Origin: Podarcis cretensis
Taxonomy: Eukaryota
Length of the DNA stretch: 64,000 nucleotides
Direction: 5' to 3'
Assembly: GCA_951804945.1 (NCBI GenBank)
Contig: OX638150.1
Span: 38,750,001 to 38,814,000 of the forward strand
Shown here piece by piece: positions 1-11,700 of this stretch. The notes under the pieces are model-generated. The model saw only the letters and a program-made list of their open reading frames with translations. It had not been told where the DNA came from and ran no database searches. Numbering within the stretch: position 1 is the stretch's first letter; each line of letters begins with the position of its first letter. The position numbers were made by a program, and so were the translations under genes.

Positions 1-125
1 TTTGGGCGAAGCCGTCGGAGGCATCATCCGTCCCGCCCGCTGCCTGGGAGGGGTTACCCTGATGCCGCGAGGGTGGGAGGGGACGAGCGGACGGCGGAGG
101 CTGCAAGCGGAGCCCCAGTAGCGCC

Positions 126-195
126 GAGAGAGAGAGAGAGAGAGAGAGGGAGGAGGAGGAGGAGAAGGAGAAGGAGGACGGCGACGACGACGACT
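126..195. repeat. Compound (GA)n/(GGA)n/(GAC)n microsatellite
   Basis: gagagagag...gaggaggagg...gacgacgac. Confidence 0.9.
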
Positions 196-310
196 GGCGG
201 TGGTTTGGGTCGGTCGGGGCCAGGGAGGCTGGCGCCTATTGTCGCGCGTCCCGGCTCCGGGTGTCCCGCCAGCTGCCTGCTGGGGCTAAAGGGAGCAGCG
301 AGCGGGGCAG

Positions 311-312
<2 letters not shown>

Positions 313-342
<30 letters not shown>
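313..342. repeat. (AGC)10 trinucleotide repeat upstream of the MAP2K4 ATG
   Basis: Perfect AGC x10. Confidence 0.95.
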
Positions 343-343
<1 letters not shown>

Positions 344-503
344 CGCGGGCGAGGAGCCGAGGGCGGGCGCGCGGGACGGGCAAGGAGGGGGTCGGGTCCG
401 CTGCTCCTCCGCTCCTGCTGCATTGCAGCCTCCCTCCTCCTGCCGTCCGTCCCCTTCTCCCTCCTTCCCTCCCTCCCTCCCTCCGCGTCTGGCGCGCTGC
501 ACA

Positions 504-582
504 ATGGCGGCTCCCGGCCCCGGCTCTGGCTCCGGCGGCGGCGGGTCCCAGGCGGCGCACACGACAGTCAGCAGCATGCAGG
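504..582 (+). CDS. MAP2K4: MAP2K4 exon 1 (coding part)
   Basis: acaATGG Kozak context; [27 protein letters not shown]; donor G|GTAAGG at 583. Confidence 0.96.
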
Positions 583-2704
583 GTAAGGGAAGCGCGCCTG
601 GGGAGGAGCGGCGGCGGCGGCGGCGGCAGCCGGGCCCGAAGCGACGCCCGCGGAGCCAGCTGTAGGCCGCGCGGCGCTTCGCTCCCTTCCAACCCTCGCC
701 GCCCACCACACGCTCCCCGCCTGGCTGGCTGGCTGGCTGGCTGCGGGGACGGGGGGGGGGGGCGCCCGAGCTGGACCAGGCCTCGCCGGAGACCGAGAGG
801 CCTCGGCCGCCTGGAGTTCTCCAGCGAAGCCGAGAAGAGCCGCTTTCCCGTGTGGGGCTCCGCTGGGTGGGAGGGGGGTGTGGTGTGTAGGGAGGGAGAC
901 GAGGAAAGCGGGGCGGCGGCGGCGAAGCAGCTTCGTGCGTGTGAACAGGCGCTTCTGGGCGGCAACACGGGTAGGGGTGCAGTTGGGGGTGGCGGCTATA
1001 CGTGTGCCTAGATGTACGTGTGACGGGAAACTCGGGGCCTTCTATCTCCTCTGCCCGGGGCATGTGGGCGGTTTCCGGGTGATGGGAGTAGCTACGGTTC
1101 GGGGACTCATCCCGGGGTGTAAGTCTGGGGAGGGTGTGGGGAGCCTAATCGCCAGGGCGTGATCACTACTGGGAAAACAGAATTAATAAGCAAAAAATAC
1201 GAGGCTGACGTCTGGCTGACTAACGAAGGTATGTGTCGGAAGAACGCATGCGTTAAGGTCGGGGGTAGAGGTAGCATGTCCATGTTGCTCATGTCTGCTC
1301 AGAAGTAAGTCCTGTTGAGTTCAAGGGGATTTACTTTCCGGTCCGTGTGTACAGGATTGCAGCCTAATTGCCCTTGGGGTGGGGGTGGGGTGTAGGGGTA
1401 AACAAAATCTTGGTCTGTGTAGGCCCCATAGGTTTAAAGCACCTCTCTAAGAGTCCTGAGAACCTTAATTTAACCCCCACAGAGCTACAGTTCCCAGCAC
1501 CTTTACAGATTACAGTCCCCATAAGTTGGTGGCGTGTTTGTGTATGCTTTAAATGTATGATGGGCCTGGAGTCCATAAGTGGTTTTTCTGTAGGCATGCA
1601 GGGGGAAAGTGGTCTTGTGTGGGGTTTTTTAGGAGTGCAATATGTAGTTAGATTAGATGTGAGGCCTTTCTGACATTGAAGTTAGACGGTGGTTTTGGTT
1701 GAATGGGGAATGCATAACAGTGAGTGCTTCTCTGCTCGAATAAAGGGAGTACTGTATCAGATTATTAGTAGGTGTGCTTGTAATTAAGGAGGATGCAGAG
1801 TGCATGAATGTGAGATGTGGATGGAAAGTGCAAGGTCCTTTTCTCAGCGTTGTTGCATATTGAGCAAGTGTTTTTGAGAAACAGATGTTGGCTTACCACC
1901 CCATAATTCTGATTATGCCCTTAAGAAGCCTCTCTGTGTACCTACTAAATTTTTGGAGAGGGACACTTTGATACCTATGTACTTGGTAAAATATTTAGCA
2001 AAATAAAGCTGAAAGTATATCTTAATATTTACAATGTAAACTCAACACTGTTTTCCTAACAACTCCATTTAATACATAGAAACTAAAATTAGTGGTATAT
2101 CCGGTGAAATGAGAATAGGATTAGGTTTGTACTGTTGAAATAATGAATGGTGCTGTGAGACACCAGTGATGCTGTTTTAACACTTCATAATCAATTCTCT
2201 CCTCCCACAAATGTGTATGATCACTCACTGCAGTATCTTGGGACACGGTGTTCTCAGGATTGGTATACAGCTTTCGAACCAGCTAACCTGGAAAGCCTGT
2301 TATGCCCTGCAATGTACAGGATTTTGGACATAACTGATAGCAATTGAAGGGAATCTCTAGTAGGAGGACTTTGAAAGACATCTGGAGAGCTGCTGCCAGT
2401 CAAAGTAGACAAGACACAGAGGGACTGGTGGTCTGACTCAGTACAAGGCATCATCACCTGCTCATTATATGCTAGGAAGCTGCCCTTGCTACTTTTCAGC
2501 ACCAGCCTATGTACATGCAGCAAAATGCTCATGTTCGCAATTGTCAAATACCTGTATGTTGTTTGCCTTCTATTTCATGTATAGAAGTGCTTCCCACACA
2601 GGGATTTTGTTGTGTTTGAAGTATCCTTCATAGATACATACAAACACCAGAATAGTAAATGTTACTGAGCTTTACTGCTGAGTTGGCACTGGACACTAAC
2701 CACT

Positions 2705-2742
<38 letters not shown>

Positions 2743-5700
2743 ACAAAGTGTTCAAGGTCAGTATCTGAGAAACTACGTATATATGGTTATATATAAATGC
2801 AAAACTATGTAGACTTCTCTCTTAAGCTGCATTAGATGGAGTAAAGTACAAGTATAGGGAGGTGTTTGTTTTTTATTTACACTCCAAATGCTCTTGATTA
2901 GGTAATTATATGAGAGGTAGATTGTTCATTGTACAACTCTGATGGTACTGTAAGCATCTCACAATTTTGTTGCAATATATTATTTTTTGTTTAGCACCTG
3001 GAAGTGCAGTACCACACTCACTGAGTTTCTGTGGGTAACAAGAAAAATGTTTGCCAGATGCTACTAACATGTTTGGCCTAATACTTGGTTAGATCCTCAA
3101 GCTCCTTAATAACTCTTGTAGCAAGACACTCCCCTTATTGGGCTGTTTCTTGTTTGCTTAGAGTTTTAGTTTGGGATCTCAAGAGTGTTGATTGGTATAT
3201 AGCAGGCTATTTGGCTTTTCCTTTCCTTTTGTTTTTAGGCCGTTAACTACTCCTAGTATTATTCCCAGGTAACATTCTGTGTTAACATGGGAAGGATAGG
3301 AACACACTCCATACTCTTGTAGTAGAAATGGTACTATGGGCACCTAGGAGTTAACTCTCAATAATACCCATGCATTTGGGTGCTCAAGTAAACCAGTATG
3401 TTATGATATTTGAATTTTGATTACTCACCTGGGTAGTCTTGCGGTAAAGAGTGTTTGTTCCTCTGCATATTGGAAAACAGCCCACATTGAAAGGCAGGAC
3501 TTCAGGCTGGTTCCCACATTATGGTGTTAAGTAAGGGAAATGGCTTTCGAACCACTCTTTTGCCTAAAATATGCAGGATATCTATTTTTAACCCTTAACT
3601 TTGGTTGTTGCAAAGTAAAAGTTTATTGCAAGGGTTTGCTGAACCACTCTGTGAACATCACCTGTACTTGTGTCTTTCTAATGAGTAGGCACATTTGAAT
3701 CAAAGTGAGTGATCACAGAAATATGTTACAGGTGTACATTAATTACTTAATGTAAAATCACAGTGTGGGAGATGACCTTTAGTCTTGTATAGAACCAGTT
3801 CTCTTTACCAGGCTGCAGACTGCCCAGATGTGCTTCTCTTTGAAGGCAAAAAACAGTTGGTTTTCTTCTATCCTGCCTTTCTGCCTGCTTTCAGTGTTAG
3901 AAATGTAAGTATTCATTCCTGGCAAGAAATTTACGTGGTGATTTTATTGAAACTCATCACCTAATTCGTTCAAAGGCTATGATGAATGAAAACTAGGAAA
4001 TTTTCATTATTAAATCAGTATGGAAGAATCTTGTATTTGTAATTCAGTCCAGTGTATGTCTCCTCACTGAGATCTACTGAGTCCAGGTGATGTGCATAGG
4101 ACTGCAGCCTAAATCATTGGTCTGAGTCAGCTTCATGTCTGTACACTTGTTCTGTAAAAAAAAGCTGTGTTCTCATTGCTGGTTATATAACCATCTAAAA
4201 ATTGTTGATTTTGAATTGAATTGAAAGTGCCTACGCTTGATTTTAAAAAACAGACATGTAGGGCCATAGTACTGTACATCATAATCTTTTCAGGTTCTCC
4301 TTGTGCTTGTTTACTGAATTAAGAAATCCTAAACAACTCCTTTTTACTCAAAACTTGTATCAAAGTGCATTAGAAGCAGGGCTTTTTTTCCAGCCAGAAC
4401 TCCCCTGAACTCCGTTCCGGCACCTCTCAGGTGGGTGCCATTGCTATTATAAGAGAACAAGGGAGGCGTTCATGGTGAGTTCCAGCACTTCTTTTTCTCG
4501 AAAAATAGCACTGATTAGAAGTGTGAGCGCAAGCAGAATTTGAGGAGTTGTATTGGATACATAAGCTTGTGAAAAACCTATGGTTCTCTTTTCAACAAGG
4601 TATTAATAGACCAGTGGGCCTGTTTAGACGCCAGTTCATGCGTTGATACAGCAGTAAATAACGTGTAGCTCTCATGCACACAAGAGCTTCCTCATTTACC
4701 TGTGGCAGGGTGGCATCCCATTACATGCAAGGAGCTACCCATCACTAAGAGCTCCATATGAGCATTGGAGGTCCTGTGAATCTTTAGATCAGAGCAGTGA
4801 ATTATAATTAAACATCAGAAACAGTCCTTTAGATCTTTCATGCTGTGGAGTTGAGTTTGGTATTTCTCCTTCCCAATATTTATTCGAATGGTAAGTGACA
4901 TACTACATCAGTATCTGGTTCAGTTCACTCATACCATTTCCCCTGTGTCATTTCCCACAACATAGGTTTTTGTTGCATAAATGTTGTATAAGTGCCAGCA
5001 TAGGAAGATTTCGGTCAAGAGCTCAAGTGGATGTTCTCCTCATGCAAGAAAAGTGGACCTTTAGTGTTACCAGCTAAAAGCATGTGAAGAGTGCATTAGC
5101 CTCTTCTTGGAGTGAACTGTTGGATATTGATTGATTTTGACCCTATTTCTGTTCTGAATATTGCTTCACTTGGAAAATGTTTTTGTGCATTCCAAGGTTA
5201 AAGAGAATTTAGTGCTCGGAAAGATAATTCAATACTAGGTGTGTGTCGTTCCCCCCCCCCCAATGACTCCATGGCTTGATTCTCATCCACAGTCTTATCA
5301 AGGGTACTTGAGATAATATAATATTATATATTCCAGAAAGTCCCAACTGATTGAATGGGTGGTAAAATGGCAAATGCAGTTCAGTGTAAACAAGTGTAAA
5401 GTGCTGCATGTCACGACGACAAATATTAATATTAAACACATGTTCCCGGAGTCTGAGAACAGGACAGAGGCCTTGGGGTCGTAGTGGATAGCTCAGTGAT
5501 AATACAAAATCTGTGGTGTGACTGCATTTGGAATACTGTGTACAGTTCTGGATGCCTCACCTCTGAAAGAATCTTGTAGAGTTGGAAAAGATTCAGGAAA
5601 GGGCAACCAAAGCAATCAAGGGGATCAAGTAATTCCACTATGAGAAAAGCTTGTCATGTTTGGGACTTTTTTGTTCAGAGAAAAGGCGAGTAAGAGTTGA

Positions 5701-8700
5701 CGTTATAGAAGTTTATAAAATTAGCATGACTTGAAGAAAGTGGGAGTATCTCTCCCTCTCTTAAAATGTTAGAACTTGTGCACATCCAGTGAAGCTGTAT
5801 GTTGGAAGAATCAGGACGAATAGCAAAAATACTTCTTAATGCAGCACCTAGTTAAACTAAGGAACTCACTAAACTAAGGAGGCAGTGATGGCCACTAACT
5901 TAGATGGCTTTAAAAAAGGATTGGACAAAGTCATGGAAGATAAGGCATATATGGCAACTAGCTATGATGGCTCCATAGTTGGAGGCAGTAATGCACCTGA
6001 ATACCAGTTGCAGGAAACCATGGGGTGGTGTTGAATGCTCTTCTGATTGGCTCCTGCTTGTGAATTTTGTTTGGCATCTGGTTGGGCATACTGTGTGACT
6101 AGGATGCCGGACTAGATGGGTCATTTTTCTGCTCCAGCATGCTCTTCTTATGTTCTTAAATTTGCACGGGATTATAATTTGTAGGCAGGTTTTTCTGGAA
6201 GGCTCAGAATCATAACATGTTTCTTAGACCTCATGCTTTTAGAAAATATTGGAAACATGGGGGGGACGCAGGTGGCGCTGTGGGTTAAAGCCTCAGTGCC
6301 TAGGACTTGCCGATTGAAAGGTCGGCGGTTCGAATCCCTGCGGCGGGGTGCGCTCCCGCTGCTCGGTCCCAGCGCCTGCCAACCTAGCAGTTCGAAAGCA
6401 CCTCCGAGTGCAAGTAGATAAATAGGGACCGCTTACCAGCGGGAAGGTAAACGGTGTTTCCGTGTGCGGCTCTGGCTTGCCAGATGCAGCTTTGTCACGC
6501 TGGCCACGTGACCCGGAAGTGTCTCCGGACAGCGCTGGCCCCTGGCCTCTTAAGTGAGATGGGCGCACAACCCCAGAGTCTGTCAAGACTGGCCCGTACG
6601 GGCAGGGGTACCTTTACCTTTACCTATAATTTGTAGGCAGGTTTTTCTGGAAGGCTCAGAATCATAACATGTTTCTTAGACCTCATGCTTTTAGAAAATA
6701 TTGGAAACATGTAGGCATACCAGTTAAAGACTTGAAAAACCTTGTAATGAATTGGATGTTGTATTGGTTCCCATTGGTTAATGAATACACCCTCTTTGTT
6801 CTTGGACCATGCCATTTAATACCTATCTTTTTGCTACTATGTTTTTGTTTGTTGCTTGCTTCTGATGTTCCTTGTGCCCTCTATATTTACATCTGACAAC
6901 TTTATTTCTTCATTTTAGGCCAAAACAAGTTTCTTCAGCCCATCCAAATTTTGAAGTTAACATAAAATAAAAATAATAAGACAGTTGCTCTCTATAATCT
7001 GTGTTTAGAATTCAGATGTGTCCTGTCCCAGAGGAAACTAGTTAGCAGAAACAAGCATTGCTCCCTTTACAGCCAAAAAGTTATTGATTGTAATAACAGA
7101 ATGGAACATTCTGAAAGGATGTCAGCTACTTTACTGAGACCATCTTGGTTACTTTACTATTGTCCTTTGCTTTTTAGCTGATTTGGCTGGCTTTTTTCTT
7201 TCTTGCCTGAGGCTCTTGCTGAGCTTAAGTACCATATCTTCTGGATTTGTTCATTCATGGTCCTTTTCTCTGACTCGAGAAAAGATGGCCAAACTTTAGA
7301 AAGTGTAGCTTTCAGTGCTGGATAGCAAATTATGTCAAATGTTAAGCTGTATGAGTAGGCTCAATGTGCTTCCAAGCTGTTGTCAAATGCCAGAGTAGAT
7401 TCTTTCCTTTTGATTTGCATATGATTCCAAATCCCTTGTTTTCAACTTGCAACTGAATATTTGCATAGACTTGTTTTGGCTTCTTTCTTGGGCTAGTTAT
7501 GGAAACTCAATCAGAATCAGCAACCAATTTTTTTAAAACAATTTTTTAAACTAAGTAAATTTTACTTCAGAATATCTGGAGATTTTATCTGTTCCTGCAT
7601 CTTATCAGAAAGGAACAAGTATGTTAGCCCTCTGTCCTAGAGTTTTCATTATTATTTTTTCCAGATTGCGTATACACAGTAACAGACATTGCTTGTACTT
7701 TTCAGTCAAATATCTAGGGGTTACTTTTTTACTCCTATTCTTGGACAAGATGGTCACTCATTTATTCTGTTTCATGTGTAAAAGCATTGAATTTGGTGCA
7801 AATTTTCCTTCAGCTGGGCTGTGGTATTTGATAAAAAAGCTACTCAAACCTTTTGGCAATGTCCAGTGAAGTTTTCACTAGCTCAGGGATTTCTGCTAGT
7901 GAAACAGAACTTATCCATCTTCTCCCTGTGTGCCCCTCCCTGCAATCTCCCCAGATCCTCTTTGCAGGGTTGGGAGAATCCTCAGAACACATTACGGGTG
8001 CAAAAGGGTGGGGATATTGGGGGAGAAGAGAGAGGGGAAGTTCCACTTTGCAGCCAGAAGTCCTTGCACTAGCAAAAGTACTTGATTAGATTCTGCTCTT
8101 TATTTCCAAATATGTTTGTGAGGTTCTCTACTCAAAGAGTAGAGAAGGTGGCATTTGTGTCTGTGTTTTTTTCTTTCTCGTTTCCAAGTTGAGCTGTATA
8201 TGAATCTTACCATAAAAGAGAAAGGTAATACCGTATTTTTCTGTGTATAAGATGCCCCCATGTATAAGACTATTTTGGGGGACTCCAAATTAAGAAAACA
8301 CCCCTCAGCACTACCCGTGTATAAGACGAGCCCCAATTTTAAACCTGATTTTTTGGTAAAAACAACCTAGTCTTATACACAGAAAAATACGGTATACTTG
8401 CAGAAAAACACTCAGTTTAGACAGACGAAGCTGACACTGTGTTAGAAGCTATCAGCAATGCCTTAATAAAACGTTCTCTGCTTATAGCATACCAGATAGT
8501 TACTTCTTATCTTGGACAGAATGGCAGCATTCACACATCAGGACCCATAGTTAACAAACCATAGTTTATCTTGAACACACAGATGGTTCCCACTTAGCGC
8601 CTCCCCTTGCCTCTGGCACCAGTTAACCACAAACCCTCACTTAGTATAGCATCTGAATCTGGGGTTGTGGTTTGTTTAAGTCCAAACAAACTATGATGTG

Positions 8701-11700
8701 AAGCCAAGATTTGTTCTTGGCTTCCTGGCCATGGTTTGCCTAAGTGAAACAAACCACAGCTCCCAGTTCAGACAAAATACTAATGCAGGGATTGCAGTTT
8801 GTTGCTCCTGCTCGCCATAGGAGACGAGCAAAGTGAAAGCAGTCTGTGTTCACAATAAACTATAGTTAATGTGCAAATTGGGCCATCACATGTCAGATAG
8901 TAATTGAATATAAGTTGGCCAATCAGTATAAGTGATGACATTCTAAATGAAAGCTCCATGATTAAAGGCAAGTTTTATCTGATTCCTTGGGGGGGGGGGT
9001 TTGAAACAGAGTGTGGTTATTACATTCATGTCTTGCCTGTGACTTTCCTAAGGTGTCTTGTTGCCCCCTACTAGAGACAGAATGCTGAACTAGGTACATC
9101 ACTGGTTTGTTGCAGCAAGGTCATTATGTTGTACTCAATGATTATGACTGAGCACAGAAGACTGCCATTTTCACCATTCACATTTATATACCTGTGAATT
9201 TTCACGAGTGCAGCTAGTATAAACCTATCCTCTCAGTTGACCATTGGGCTTCAGCTAGTTGTGTATTGAAAGAAAGAAATGAATGCAGAGGGTCAAGTGC
9301 CCTATAGTTTCATGGATTACTATGCAGGCCTCAACAAGTCACTGTTTTCTCAGTTCCACTTCTGCAAGTGGCAAAATACACACACACACACACACTAGCA
9401 TGTTACATTTAAAAAGTCATATGTGACTTCCAGTGTTTTGTGAATGCATTATCCACAATTTTGGGGCAAACATGAATCTTCATATTGGGCACAAAATGTA
9501 GCAACCTGAATTTCTCATGTCTTATTTAAAAATAGGATTATTATTTATGTTCAGAGAATGCTTAAGAGAAACCTCAGAAACCAGAGAACGACTCACTCAG
9601 CAGGATTTTCAGTGGGGAGGGATTGAAGTATTAGTACCTTGGATATGTGCTTGCTCCTCCTTACAACTAGAAAAAGTGACATAAATTATGCAAAAAAGAA
9701 AAGTAGGCAAATTGGGTTTATCTGCATTATTTAGACAAGCTGGAGAAACAACATCTGCCTGTCTCTTAAACTAAGTCAGATATAATTCTGCGGTGAATGG
9801 TGAAAACAGACAGTAATACTTGCACATGTACAGTATACCCAGAAATACAAATCTAATATTGGGAAGCCTTCATGATGCATGTACTTATATAACTTCGGAA
9901 AGTACATGTGGGAAACTTCCTAGCAAAATCACCATTTGTTCTTAACATTTTGTTTAAAGTTAATAACAAACTAATACTTAACCTCTGTAGCTGACCTGAT
10001 CTGGACAGCCACCTGCTAATGCTTTACTGATGTTTTGGACAGTACTGTATAGTACAACTTTGACTTTTCCAAAAGGTATTAGATACTGACAAGAAAACAG
10101 GTTATTGGAGTACTGTCTTTGCAACTCAGGCAGTGATTTAACCTTTTACTTGGTGTTTGAGGGTGTTTTTTTTAAATGAACATGAAATGTGATTTTTAAA
10201 GGTTGTGCAAATATCTATTTTCCAGAAAATGAACTAGAACTTATCTTTTTTGCTTTAGGCTTTCAGATAAACTTCTGTGAAAAAGCACAAAGTAAGCTAC
10301 ATGTTTTATAGTATTCTGCTATTTTATTTTACTTTATTTTTATATCATTCTTGGTACTGGGAATGTGTCCACTGTTGATCTAACTAACCAGCCATGCATT
10401 AATACATGGGCAGAGCTTCCATTTTTCATCTTGCTACCCAAATCTAATTCTGTTGTTCTGTCAATAATTCTTTAGTATCTCTTATACTTCTTGGATAGTA
10501 AACTAGAGGTCGCATAGATAGTCGCTCCTAAATTGTAATGAATGAAAGATTTAAGACTTTTATAAAATGAAGTGGAAATATAGATATTTGGGGTTTAATG
10601 GTGTCTAACCACTTAGTGAAAAAGTAATCATAGGAACTGAGAGGATTATTTCAGAAGGGGCCCAAGTCACCTTCTTGTTTCTGCTCTTGTTTTAAAGTTT
10701 GGCATGAACTGCTTTGCATTGCCCTTGATGGCGTGACACAGTAAACCCAACAATGGTTCGCATTCACTTTGCTCCAAACCAGTCAGTTTGGTATAGCAGT
10801 GATGCCAAAGTTTGGCTTAACAGGTCATCTGAAGGTGGGATTGTGCTTAAACTCTACGCTCCTCAACTGTGATGTAGTCAAGAGTAAACCTTGGCTACAG
10901 ACCATGATTAAGGAGGAGATAACTTAACCATAGATCAGTGTGTGGATGATACACTAAGCCAACCTTGGCTTTATTGTTGTGCTAAGCTAAAATAATCAGG
11001 GATGATCAAAGCGGTTGCGTTTTCCCTGGGAGCTAGCATGTTTGTGGTAAGTCATGGTTTGGCTTAGTGTTACATGGGAATGCGACAACTGTCAAGCCAT
11101 CAATCCAGTAGTGTAATGTCTAATCTGATTGGCACTGGCTCTCCCAAGATCTCATGGAACAGTCTTTCCCCTTGCTACATGAGATCATTTGAGTGGAGAT
11201 GCCGAGCTTCTAACTTTCGTCATGCAAAGCTTGTCCTCCGCAACTGAATCAAGGTATTCTACTATGGGCTCTGGTTGTAATTTAAATGACCCAGTAGTGC
11301 TCTCTGTGTACCTTTGGAATGATAACTTTTGAAAACATGACTGGATACATCACTTTGAAACTGACGTCTCTATAAAAGTCAGGAAAAATTGTCAGTCACT
11401 ATCATCCCATGTTTGGATGATTAATGGAAGCTCTGCACAATGAATTTTTTCATTGTTTCATTCTCTTATGGCATTCATTTTTTTAAATTGCTATGTTCAT
11501 TATATCGTTATGATTGCCTGCCATGCTTTAGTGGGAACGTTATTGGAGACAAAAACAGCACTGCTAGCATTCCCCCCTGCCCCTTCTACTGGGTACACCT
11601 TGTATAGTTAAACACATCCGTCTTGCATTCAGGCTGCATATATTTTTCATTTTTATTTGAAGCTAATGGATATGCATATTTAATTTTGAAATGATGAAAT

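Larger units (their letters stand above)
1..1150 (+). promoter_or_regulatory. MAP2K4: CpG island / GC-rich promoter, 5'UTR and start of intron 1 of MAP2K4
   Basis: Very high GC and CpG density with GGGCGG boxes, surrounding the MAP2K4 start codon at 504. The sequence becomes AT-rich after about 1.2 kb. Confidence 0.9.

Noticed and set aside
54-1063. Long overlapping ORFs (304, 312 and 275 aa) on both strands
   Set aside because: These are low-complexity translations of a GC-rich CpG island and microsatellites with few stop codons. Only 504-582 matches a real protein.
6260-6345. tRNA-like A/B boxes (also near 54700 and 62055)
   Set aside because: These are SINE heads, not tRNA genes; no complete cloverleaf.
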